This document shows positions 12,180 to 23,650 of a stretch of 64,000 bases of DNA, one piece after another. Source of the DNA: Amphiscolops sp. MND2022 (taxonomy: Eukaryota). The stretch spans positions 6,140,001 to 6,204,000 of the forward strand of contig OZ076409.1 of NCBI GenBank assembly GCA_964187785.1, in the 5' to 3' direction. Position numbers and translations under genes: made by a program. How positions within the stretch are numbered: the first letter of the stretch is position 1; each line of letters starts with the position of its first letter. The notes beneath the pieces were generated by a model. It was not told where the DNA came from and did not search any database. It worked only from the letters and a program-made list of their open reading frames with translations.

Positions 12180-13540
12180 TGACGGTACCAACAATCTTCC
12201 CATTGTTTAGGGGTTTAACAATCTAGTCCACAAAGTCTATCGAGAGTTTGACAAAAATTGAACAAAAATAATGAAGATTCCAGACATTTTTCATTTGAAA
12301 AACTGCATTCATCTCTCTACTAAGCATACTGGACAACACATTCTTTCCTTGTTGACCAATTCCAACATTCCAATCTCCGGAGTTTGTTCAAAATTTTGAA
12401 AAAAAACTGCATAAAACTTTGAAAATTGAAAAACTTTTGGATTTTTGTCACTTTCGGAGTCAATTTGAGACTTTTTCAAAAAACCGAAACTATCTCATCC
12501 TTAAAGACTACCGGACAAAGATTTGCTACGGTGGTGAACGTATTAAACATTCCAATCCACGGAGTCTGTGGAAATCATAACAAAATTGCATAAAAACATT
12601 ACAATTTGGAATTTTTTGGTTTTTTGTCATTTTTAGTGCCATTTTGAGATAATTTTCATTTAGAAAATTGCGTTCATTTCTTCGGAAAAACCTACTGGAC
12701 TATTACTCTTTTCTTTCTTACGCGTCTCAACATTCCAATCTACGAAGTCTGTCGAAAATTTGACAAAAATTGCATGAAAATTTTGAAAAATGGTATGTTC
12801 TAGGATTTTTGACATTTTCAGTGTCAATTTAACACCTTTTTCATTTAGAAAATAGCAATTATCGTTTCGGAAAAGCCTACGAGACAGCAAATGCGTGCCA
12901 TGTTGACCGTTTTCAACTTTCTAATTAACGAAGCCTATCGAAAATTAGACAAAATTGCTTAAAGTTTTTGAAAATCGGGAAATTTGGTGTTTTTGTTCTT
13001 TTTGGTGCCATTTTGAGGTATTTTTCATTTAGAAAACTGCATTAACTTCTTCGGAAAAACCTACTGGACTCTTTCTTTGTTTACGCTTCTCAACGTTCCA
13101 ATCCAGGAAGTCTGTCGAAAATTTGACAAGAATTGCATAAAAATTTTGCGAAAAGGAAAGTTTTAGGTTTTTTGTCAATTTCGGTGCCAATTTGAGACCT
13201 TTATCATTTGGAAAATAGCAATTATATTTCCAAGAAAGCCTACTGGACAGCGAATAAGTGCCATGTTGAGCTTTTGCAGCTATCTAATTAACGAAGTCTA
13301 TCGAAAATTTGACAAAAATTGCATAAAATCGTAAAAATTCAGACAATTCTGCAGTTTTTATCACTTTTGGGGTCAAATTTCTTTCACAAAACCGCTTTTA
13401 TCTCTTCATAGAAGACTATTGGACAACGAATTCGTGCCTTGTTGAACGTTTTCAACATTCTAGTTCGCGGTGTCTAAAAATTGACAAAAATTGAATAAAA
13501 ACAGTAAAAATTGAGAAACTTTTGTCATTTTCGGGGTCAT
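12180..13540. repeat. Degenerate satellite-like tandem array, about 180-bp period
   Basis: ACATTC(C/T)A and GTCT(A/G)TCGAAAATTTGACAAAAATTGCAT recur near 12365, 12548, 12730, 12915, 13093, 13280 and 13456. Confidence 0.8.
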
Positions 13541-14386
13541 TTAGTGTTCTTAGGGGATCATTTTCGTCATTCCTAAAAATTTCCAGAAATCTTTTAAAAA
13601 ACATATCGCGCGAAGCTAAATTCATGCGAGTTGAATTCTTGGGGTAACACACTTAAAGTTAAATATAAATTTGGTGCTTGGCAAATTTTGTAAAAAAAAC
13701 AGTTTGATTCAAGTATTTTCCTTTCCCATATATGAAATATGGGCGGAAAATTAAAAAATAGGACAAGAGTAGTTTTCCGCAAATCTTACATGGTGGGCTA
13801 CAAAAGTTCTCCCGAGCCGCGATAAAACTGTTCTTACCACTCCTTGTAACTCCCTATTTGAGACTGATGGAACTTTTTACATGCTGTTGGCCTGAATGCA
13901 GGGTAGTTTTTATAAATCCTAGACAATTCAGTTCTTGTAGTAAATTGTATAGACTTAAAACGCATTTTCCACTACTGCATAAAAATTTGAAAATGTTTCC
14001 CCCCTCTTAATGAACACGATCACATAGTATTCACTCATTGATTTCTTGAATACTCATCCAATTGTATCAGCGCTAGTTCGTTGTTCACTTTGTGAATAAG
14101 TTTGATTTGCATTGAAAATATCACGGCAAACGTGTTGACTTCTCGGTGGATTCAAAATTAGAACTGATGCATGATGAAACTTGCAGAACTTCCCGGGTTG
14201 AAATTGCCGCCAAAAGTTTGATGATTCGCTCAAGCAACTTGATAACAGTTGATGACAACAGGGAAATATTAACGCATTAAAGTTTCCTTAAGAGTTTTAG
14301 AAAAACATTATAAATGTTGCTGGTACCTCTAAAGAACATTTAAAAAGTGCAAGCATGATCAACACGGGTTCGAAAAGAAGTATTGG

Positions 14387-14877
14387 AACGAACCGGAAAC
14401 GGCATAAGTCGGCACCATTTCTAAGGCTCAAAAATAGCAAAAGGACTTCAAGTGTCAAGTATTCTTTTTTACAGTACCCGACAAACCTAAAAGTTGGATC
14501 GAATTGGCGCGCCAGAGTCCGCTAGCGCTCTGAAAGAATGGACATTTTGTGGTTTTCAACATCCACTCTGTTGCAAAATATCAAACAAATTGAAGGAGGG
14601 ACCCTTTGGAGACATTAAAATCTTTTCGAAAAACTCTCACAATGCCGAAAAAATTGAAAGGGGAGACCCTTTTGTCTCGCCCGGTATTGTATGTTACGTT
14701 GAAGAGAAAAACAGCTTTTATAGTTCAGTTTCCTGAGCCAAATGGTCCGATTTGACACATTAAAATTTCGTAGAGCTTTGTAGAACTATTTTGGTCAGTT
14801 CGTGTAGATTGAAAAAAAAGAGTCACTAAGCGTCTAAGTATAGTCGCGTTCCACTTCATGAAGCGCCAACTAAAAAA
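14387..14877 (-). mobile_element. DINE-1/Helentron-like non-autonomous element copy
   Basis: Both ends match the reverse complement of the ends of the 48594-49297 copy. Confidence 0.7.
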
Positions 14878-15414
14878 GACTAAAACCAAGATGAAGTCCT
14901 TAATCGTAAAATTTTCATTTTGGTCATTTGGTGTGAATCGAAATAAGTTGACGACAAGCCACTACAAATACATGTCGATTCCTCCTCATTGCACCATATT
15001 TCAACAGATTCACAGATTAAAAGCAAAGATCAACTTTTTCGACCCAATTTCTTCACAGACAAACTGAAAAACTTTTCTTTCAAAATGTTGAGGACATCCT
15101 CGTTTCTTCACCTAGAAGCGGGCAATTAAAACGTTTCCGGATGTGATTCGTCCGGACGAATTAGACAAAAAAGAGAAATTAGAAAAAAGAAGTAGACAAG
15201 AAGACAGAAGTAAATTTCTTAACATGCAATCTCATGATCAGCACAATTTTGGGCAATTCCATGCAAGCGCGACACGTTTACAGATAAAAGTCGTTTTTGT
15301 CTGGGCGCTTTTGTCTGGTAACCGAGCCATGTCAAAATGTTTTTAGTCGGTGCTTTTATTATTAAAAGAGCTCGACTATTACAGTCACTCGTTTTATTTT
15401 TAAATTTTTTTAAA

Positions 15415-15837
15415 AACAGACTGGAAGCGACGAAATTTTTGTTCAGTTTGTTCAACTAAACGAATACGTGGGAAACGCATTTAAGTTATCGCAAAGGGCC
15501 CCCCTTTCAGTTTTCACTTTTTAAACGTAACATACAAAACCGGATGAGACTAAAGGGTCCCCCTTTCAATTTTTTTCGGCGCTGTGAGACTTTCTTTTAG
15601 ATTTTTTTTTGTTTTCAAAGGGTCTCCCTTCGATTTTATTGAAGTCCCTCCTCGTAATATCCGGATTTAAACGCTTATCCGAACTTTTGACGTTATATCC
15701 GAACTATATTGCGTTTTGTAAGGACGAGCCAGAGATTCGAAAACAGAAGTTTTCATGAAAACGTCCTACGCATATTTCAAATCTGCTCGTTTTGAGCCTT
15801 AGATATAGCGCCGACTTTAGACGTTCCCGTCTTGTTT
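15415..15837 (+). mobile_element. DINE-1/Helentron-like copy; its first ~140 bp recur at 16994-17138
   Basis: Ends GAGCCTTAGATATAGCGCCGACT...CTTGTT and contains AAAGGGTCCCCC motifs. Confidence 0.65.
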
Positions 15838-17226
15838 TTTTTCATGTGATTCCATTCACGGTAGCATAATGAACTTTTTGCGTTAAAACATGAGTCAATG
15901 CATAGAATTGCGTCATTCGTTGAATCTTGTGATTTTGTCCAATCGAAAACCAAGTTTCTGGTCCATTGGTTGCATAAATTGTATTAATAGCATTTATTTC
16001 AATAATTGCGACAGTGTTCAGACAAAAGCGCCCCAGTCAAAAGAGCCTATTTTACAAAGTCATAAGCGCCCCAATGACTCTGTAGGGGCTCTTGACTAGT
16101 TTCGGCGCTTTTTACTGGGGCGCTTTTGTCCTGTAACCATTGCAGCAAAAGCAAGCACTTACTTTTCCACCTCATTCTGTTTTTGTCTGAGGCTTTCGAT
16201 TATTTTCTGGGTTTTCTTGTTCTCTTGGCTTAGTTTGATGTGATCAGCTTCGGCCACAGCTAAGGACCTGTATCAAAGATTTTCAAAATTTTCAAATTTT
16301 AGTCAAAATTTCATTTTCAAACTATCGACATTTTCTTGGTTGCAGAGAAAAGTTTTTTATCCAACTTCACAATGAAGGTTTTTCGCAACTTTTTGGACAC
16401 AATTTGTTGCATTTTACGGCTCAGAAGATTCTGAAAAGGAAGTAAATTTTTCTAGCTTGTGAAACAAACCCTTAATTCGGACGAAAACATTCAAGTTCCA
16501 TAATCTATCCAGTAAAACTACAGAGGTCAAGCGTCGGGTTATCAAATACTGCCGGTCATCATCCAGAAAGTTATGCAAATAAATGACTGCGGCTGTCTGG
16601 CTACTGGCTAGTGTCTTTTAAACTACAGAAAAAAAACAATACCAAATTGAGTTGATGTTGATAAATCTTATTGTTTAATCTTAACGATTTTGCATGCCAG
16701 AGCCTAGTTGTTTGTCTTTGTTTTGAAGTCTTCAGAAATACCTTTTTGAGAATCCCCAACCTGCATGCCAGTCGAAACTCACATTGGGCCCCTGTCGCGC
16801 TGTTTTCCAATTCTTGCAGCTTCTTTTCCACGGATTCTGTAAAAAAAAAACAACAAAGTTTCTACTTTCATCCTCCAAGGCTGGATGATAAGCTGAGATC
16901 GGCTAAGAAATTCTCACCTCGTCGAACGTTTGATAAAAAAACAAACGATGCAAGCCAATAGAGTTTTTAGGACGAAATTCTACAATGTATAGGAACAGAC
17001 TCGAAGCGACGAAGTTTTTGTTCAGTTTGTTCAACTAAACGAATACGTGGGAAACGCATTCAAGTTATCGCAAAGGGTCCCCCTTTCAGTTTTCACTTTT
17101 TAAACGTAACATACAAAGCCGGATGAGACTAAAGGGTAGATTACAACACAACTAACTGGTTCAAACAAAGCATATGTAGATGGCAGAGAATAGCGAAGAC
17201 GGAAAGAAGTTCAATGAAAAGCGTAT

Positions 17227-18454
17227 AGTCGATACGCTCCTGGTTGCGAGAACTAGAACCCCGCAGAGCGTTTCATTCGTCTGGACGAGACATAAATTGT
17301 TGAGTCAGAATCGCTGAATAATTTTTATTTTCACTCATCTCCGCTTGTAACCTTACGATTTGATTGTTCATTTCCGTTTGAGAAATTAGATTATTCCCAA
17401 TTTGTTCAATTTAAGATGAATTTGTGTCTGAATCAACGTTTGCGGAGTTAATTTGTTCAGAATCCTTTCTTGGATGGGTTTCGGATGAACTTTGAGTGAG
17501 GTAGGAATTTTTGATGGTTTTTCTACTTCTGTACTTCTGGGTTTTGGAGGAGAATTTGAACTCAAGCACTTTGACAAAATTTCGTTTTTCTTAAAAGAGT
17601 TGAATTTGGTAATGACAGAAAGCAAAAAATAGTCTAATCTAGTTTATAAGCTACTGTTTAATGTAGAGCGAATCAAGTTAATGAGCAGCTTCAGAGCTTC
17701 TTGTGTTGCGTCCAATTTTCAATACTGTCTCGTGCAGGTGACAAAACGCAATTCTTGCACATTTCACGTCATCTTTGACTGGTGCGCAAAGGTGATAATC
17801 ATCACTTTCCTTCATTTTATCAACTTCAATAACAAAGTATCATACTTACATAGCAGCGGATTAGTATAATTGTTCGAAATATAATCCAAACACTTCACTG
17901 AGAATGAATGGGTGAAAGTGCAAAAGTGATTGAATGATTCCTGATGGATTTATGATGCGAAATAACACTTGTGATGAAGTTAAGATGGACGGCATTAAGA
18001 AAATGGAATGACAGATTTGGGATGGATAAATGATGCACGATGAAATATGGATGAAATTGGATAGAGATTCTAGTCTTAGAGACATTGACCTTATTGCCCT
18101 GTTTTCCGTCCATTTTCCATCCATAGCTGTTAACTGACAGTAAAATCATCCATTTCACGTCAGAGAGCATGAATGTGTTGAAACACTGATGACAGTATGT
18201 ATTTGAACACTATCGCTTTTTTGATGAACGTCGTAATGGACGACGCGCGATCAGGGGCTCAAGTTCATAATATCTATAAAACTTGTATGTAAACTCAAGA
18301 CTCAGGGGAAGGGTGAATATATAATTCACGTAGGGTGGCCCTCGACCATGTATCTTTTTATAAGGCTTCATATTGCCCATAAGTAAGTATTTCTAACATA
18401 CATGTACATTAGAAATAAAACATAGGTCTATATTTCCATCAAGCTGGTATTACA
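17227..18454 (-). mobile_element. Gypsy LTR, family A, about 1.23 kb, flanked by CGTAT direct repeats
   Basis: Termini (A)GTCG...TACA. CGTAT at 17222-17226 and 18455-18459. Colinear with 33245-34273. Its right end is homologous to the right end of LTR B. Confidence 0.8.
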
Positions 18455-19847
18455 CGTATACTAAGTACTTCAAAGAGAACCGAAGGAAGTTTTATCTAGA
18501 AATTACTCGGTAACACCAAGAACGAATCACAATGTTTAAATCAATGAATGTTTCATTGAACCTGCTATCTATTAGCTGCAATCGACGAGACCGGGGCACC
18601 GTTGGATATACTGTGATGTTAAGGCCGAAACCTGGAGCAGTAGCATTTCATCATCTCCGAGAAGGCTGGATGGTGGTCATTCGTTTGTATCAGCTGCAGC
18701 TACACTTAATCGGTCAGTACTTTGCGAGGGCTGATCATGAGAGCGTGTTTGGAGTGTGTGAACAAATGGTAAGCGGTCATCGTTGTGTACACATTGTGGT
18801 CGGTGTGACGTCAGCACTATTTGTTTACTAAGCAAATAACCGAACTACCAACTGTACTAATTGTTGTACCAATTGTAATAAATGTCCCACAGCAGTGAAT
18901 AGTAGTAGTCTTGAATTGTTGTTGGCAACGGTCTCGTGGGCGTCTTTCCGCAAAGTCAACGATGATGTTGATGTTATTGGCGTTGATGAGCTGCCAGGTC
19001 CCTCCGTGCCGGATAATTTAAACGATTCAAGATCACATGCGTTTACTGATTTCCTTACCCGTTTACTTAGTATGGGATCGTTTTCAATTTAGCTAGTCTT
19101 ACTCTTTTGAATAGTATTTCTCGTTCTAGTTTGACTGGTTTTTAGGGGAATTGTCTTGTTTTTTAAGAGCACGTGGAGAACAACATGGTTGTGTTCAGCT
19201 AATTCTCTTGGTGTGGTGTTTGAGGTCACTTTAGACTCATGTGTGATCTAGTGTTCGTGTGTTGTAAGAGGAAGTTACAACTGTAACTGTAGGACTAAAA
19301 CTATGTTCAAGTACTTATGAATGTTAATATTTCTTGTCTTAGCGTTCTTAAGAATATGTTTTAGATTAATTTTCATGTGCGTAGAGTTTGCAATATTTGA
19401 GGATGATTAGATGAATTTGGATTGTTATCGATCGATTTGTTTTCAGGCGTTTCTGCTACATGTTTTGTGGCCGCGTGTGTTGCTAGACGTGCATGGTGTT
19501 GTCTGTGTGTCTGGAAGCTATTGAATGCACGTACTCAGTAGACAGGATGCCTTGGAGTTGCACTTAGTTTTCACGTCAAATGAGGAAATAACCACGCTCA
19601 ATTTGGCTTCTGTTTGGAAAACTAGTGGCCGCGAGGCACTTCTGAGGTGCTATTCTCTCGTGAAGATAATTCAGGATGTGTTCTTCTGAGGCAGTTCACG
19701 AGAATGGGCTGGGTTCTTCACGTAGAAGAATTTGCAGCGATTTCATTCGGTGTACGCCTTTTTGAGGACCTGATCAGCAACGTGGTTGTGTCGCTTCGGA
19801 AGCAATTGTCGATTCCGTTACTATCCGAATGTCCCCTCTCATGTTGA

Positions 19848-20201
19848 CTAATTGCTTTCGTTATATGTATGTGTTTTTTGGACATGGTAGATGTCGAACC
19901 CTACTCTGTGGGTCGGCTTTGAAGAACTTTGCGATGTCGAAGGTAAGTTATTTTCGTCATTTTTACTAATAACCGCCATTAATAAGTTCTTCAGTTGACT
20001 AAATTCGCTTTGTAACTCATTTATCTTCTTCTCATAGTTCTCTCTTATTTCAGACAACTGGGACGAGATATCTGAAGTTTCGTTGTTGTCAGAGTCATTG
20101 GCGGATGACTGAGCCATGTCTGGATCTATTGGCGAAGATGTTCCTGACGAGGAATGTATGACTCTACCGCTTCTACGTTCGGTACCTCGGTCTGGATTCA
20201 T
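19848..20201 (-). CDS. LTR-encoded Gag-like N-terminal coiled-coil ORF reading out into flanking DNA
   Basis: 117 aa with heptad segment LSEIRENYEKKINELQSEFSQLKNLL; crosses the LTR end at 19892. Confidence 0.55.
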   Translation of the reverse strand: MNPDRGTERRSGRVIHSSSGTSSPIDPDMAQSSANDSDNNETSDISSQLSEIRENYEKKINELQSEFSQLKNLLMAVISKNDENNLPSTSQSSSKPTHRVGFDIYHVQKTHTYNESN

Positions 20202-20869
20202 GTATTTGAGAGAAAAGAATTATGAGTGAAGACTGAATTATCTGAGATGTTGTTTCAATGTATTTTGCTGATTTAACTGAATATTCAATCTCAAATTCAC
20301 TAATCTGAAACTGAGATGTTTTAGAAAGAAGTCGTACAAATAAGTAAGCAGTTAGATAAGGAGAAGGGAACTAGCAAGTTATTCAGGAGAAGTTCATCCA
20401 ATTTTCATCACAGTAGTAGATGTACCAAGGAAATTACTCAGTTCAAATTCTTCAATTTCTGACGATGAAATAGAGATGTACTTTCTGACTTTCGCGTGTT
20501 AAAATACCCAACTGGTCGGTAGCTTGTCGCAATTCGGGCTGAGTAATATTTAATGGCGGTCCAAATTACAGCAGTTCACGTGTCTTTTCGGTTGGTAAGA
20601 CGCTAAATCTCTTACCAACCTACTCTCATTGGCTGTTACCAGCTGGTGCTAAAATGGTAAGTCACGTGACCAGTGTTGTGAACTGCCGCAAAGTGGCTAC
20701 GCACCATGGTACATCTACATGTGTTAATGGTGTTTAGTCATCAATTTACAATGTCGCAATTGCCTGCACATAACATCATGGTTTCTATAGCAACTAAAAT
20801 GGACTCAAATCATTCAATAACGCACTAATTTCAATCAAATTTAAGGTAAAGCACATTTTGGGATGGGAA

Positions 20870-21750
20870 AACGATGTTTTCCGCTGATTCTAGCGCCAAA
20901 ATCAATGATTTAAAACTTGAAGATGGAAATGCGATGAACTTGTAAGAATATTTGCTGATTTCCAAGTCTAGTTTTGCTCTGAATGAAAATGCGATGAATA
21001 GTAGTCTTTCTCGTTCGGAAATCAACACAATTCAAACTGACGATGATAAAAGGATGAACTCCATGCATAACTTGCCAATTTCCAGCACAGCTTCAAATGA
21101 CGATGAATTCGGGATGAATTCAGTCGATAAACGCTAATTCTAGTACAGGAGAATTTTAGCGATGAGTTTAGGATGAACTTGTCAGTTAAAACAGCAAATA
21201 CCAAAGCAATACAAATTGGCGATGAGTTTAGGATGAACTCACCAGTTAAAACACCGAATACTAAAGCAATTCGATTTAGCGATGAGTTTAGGATGAACTC
21301 ACCCACTAAAATGGTTAATTTTCAGCACAAACGATATCAAGATGAATTAAGGATGGGTTTACTAAACAAATCAGATAACCAGCACTTTCACTCTTTTTAG
21401 GATGAATTAAGGATGTACTTTCTCATTTCCCTTCTGTACCAGTGAACGCGATGAATAAAGGATGAACTACCGTTCTTTAGAAATGAGAAGCACATTCAGG
21501 AATTACTAAACGAAATAATCACGATGAATTAAAGATGAGTTTTACTAGAATAAGTCCCATAAAATCCGCTGATGGATTTATGATGAAAGTCAGTTTAAAG
21601 TCCCATGTTTTGTTCACTCGCAAATTTTAAGGATGGGATTGCGATGAACTTTGGTTAAAAGCACCGTTGAATCCGCTGATGGATCCAATTGAAATTCCTG
21701 ATCAGGTCAACATCGTCATCAAATACGACGATGAATTCGTGATGAATTTA
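20870..21750. repeat. About 60-bp period repeats with paired GATGA motifs inside LTR B
   Basis: GCGATGAGTTTAGGATGAACT at about 21159, 21219 and 21279, with degenerate copies on both sides. Confidence 0.8.
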
Positions 21751-21962
21751 ATGGAATTTGTCACAACTACATACTCTGAGGCGGGGAGTTGGTAGAAGTT
21801 ATACTTTCCATTACTTCCAATATTCCTCGGTCCAGTCTGACCGGAAAACTTCTCTCCCTTATCGTGACAAACCAATATTTACGAAATATAGCACTTTCAA
21901 GGCCAGATTCTGGCAAGATCATTTATGCGGACACCGGAACTAGAGCGCTCAGTATTAACTAA

Positions 21963-21988
21963 ATATATATATATATATATATATATAT
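21963..21988. repeat. (TA)n microsatellite
   Basis: Direct reading. Confidence 0.95.
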
Positions 21989-23650
21989 CTCACACTCAAA
22001 GGGGGAAGGGATTAAAGTACAAGTAACGTAGGGTTGCTCACAACCATGGCCCTTATTATATGACATCATATTGCCCATATCTAAGTACATAAGACATAAT
22101 ATTTACATTACAGATATTTAGTAGATTACATTTCCATCATGCTGGCATGACAGTAGATGTCTTCATGTATTTGTGTATACATGAGCAGTAGCGGGTCAAA
22201 GGTTGATTATGGTTTTCTTTACTGGTAAAATTCAGTGGTGTGTTAATTTTAGATTGTGTTATTGGCAGTGGTTTCTGCTGCTGACTTTGCTGGCATGTTG
22301 CGAGAATGTGAGCCCCACATGTACCGAGTTCTGCAGTGTCTGTCATTTCGGTTGTTGATCTACCTGTCGATGCTGACTGCTGGCAGGAATTGAATTTGAG
22401 TGGCGTCCGTTTGGTAGTTTCTGCTAGTGAGTATGCTCCGTTCGAATGCGTAATGGTCTATTTTGCCATGTTTGGTTTTGATTTCAAGCTTTTGATGTAT
22501 TTTGGATGAATCTTGTTGAGACAAGCTGTGCTCATTGTTTTGGTTGCGGTGCGAAGTTTGCTCTGTATTCGAATTTTGGGTGTATTCAAGCGGCGCGCAA
22601 TCTGTTGTTTTTGTTTTCCTCACATTCATCCTTACTGGCAGTGTATGACTTGAAGCTTGGTTCCTCTAATACTTCGAAAGTACGGTTCTGGATTCGAGTT
22701 GGACGCTCTTCACGTTGAGTTCAGCCGGTTCGAAGTCATTCGAACGTTTAATGAAGAAGCTGGAAACATTTATCGTTGCTGTTGCACTCGAGATCCTGTC
22801 AATCAACTGCTATCTTGTTTCTGTGAATAAGTGCTTTTCAGTTGTTCGGTCGAAGTCTTGGAAGCGAGGATGCAGTAAATGTCAATTTTGATGATGAATC
22901 GACATTTGCTAACAGAGTTCCTGTCCCAACTGTACACCTATGGACAGTCAGAATTCCTAACTTGTCTCCGTGAGTGTTACCGAGAGCAGGGTTCATGAGG
23001 CGACGATTTATTGCGCTTTGTGCATCATCGTGGTGAGGTTAATCCTGGAGTCGAACGGTTGGTGTGTGCTATTTTGTTGTAGTCGGCATGAAGATGGGAT
23101 AATGGAGGGTCACACGATTGGCACGTTGACTTTGGAACAGGCCTAAACTTTGCAACTAGCGTTGGCCTCATGGTTATCAGGACTACTTTTTACAACCTTG
23201 GAGTCGATACATAAGAGATGGTGGAAAAATGTATGTTGTTGCCTGGACGTTTAGAGGATCTTGCTGGAACTACTCAGCGATTTTAGTGAAGAAGAATTTT
23301 CTCACTTTGATTACGACCTGCGCTCAAAGTGGTACGCTGAGATGGGTTGAGCGAGCTTTCAGTGGGAGGAACGAGATCTCTGTTTAAACATTTCTGGTTT
23401 TTGAATGAATAGCCATTCTCAAGAACTTTGTTTGCAGTATTTTTGCTTCGATGAATTGTGTTAGTTTTAGTCTACATGTTACTTGATTTATGGTATTGAT
23501 GAGTTTTGGATGTTTTTAGGGATCCGAAGTTGCTTAAATTCTGCTTCTATCAGTTAGATTGTCCATTCTTTATTATCTGTAATGGAACATGTTAGTTGAG
23601 GGAATTGAATTTTTTAGTGACCTGAGCTTTTATTAATCCATTGCTCTGTT

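Larger units (their letters stand above)
19892..22152 (-). mobile_element. Solo Gypsy LTR, family B, 2261 bp
   Basis: TGTC...GACA termini and exact 5-bp TSD GTAGA (19887-19891 and 22153-22157). Contains Gag-like ORF start at 20201. Confidence 0.9.

Noticed and set aside
21150..21310. CRISPR-like repeat-spacer pattern
   Set aside because: Spacers are homologous to each other, the context is a eukaryotic LTR and there are no cas genes.
19892..21765. TGTCACA at 21765 as the end of LTR B
   Set aside because: No TSD there. The end at 22152 gives an exact GTAGA TSD.
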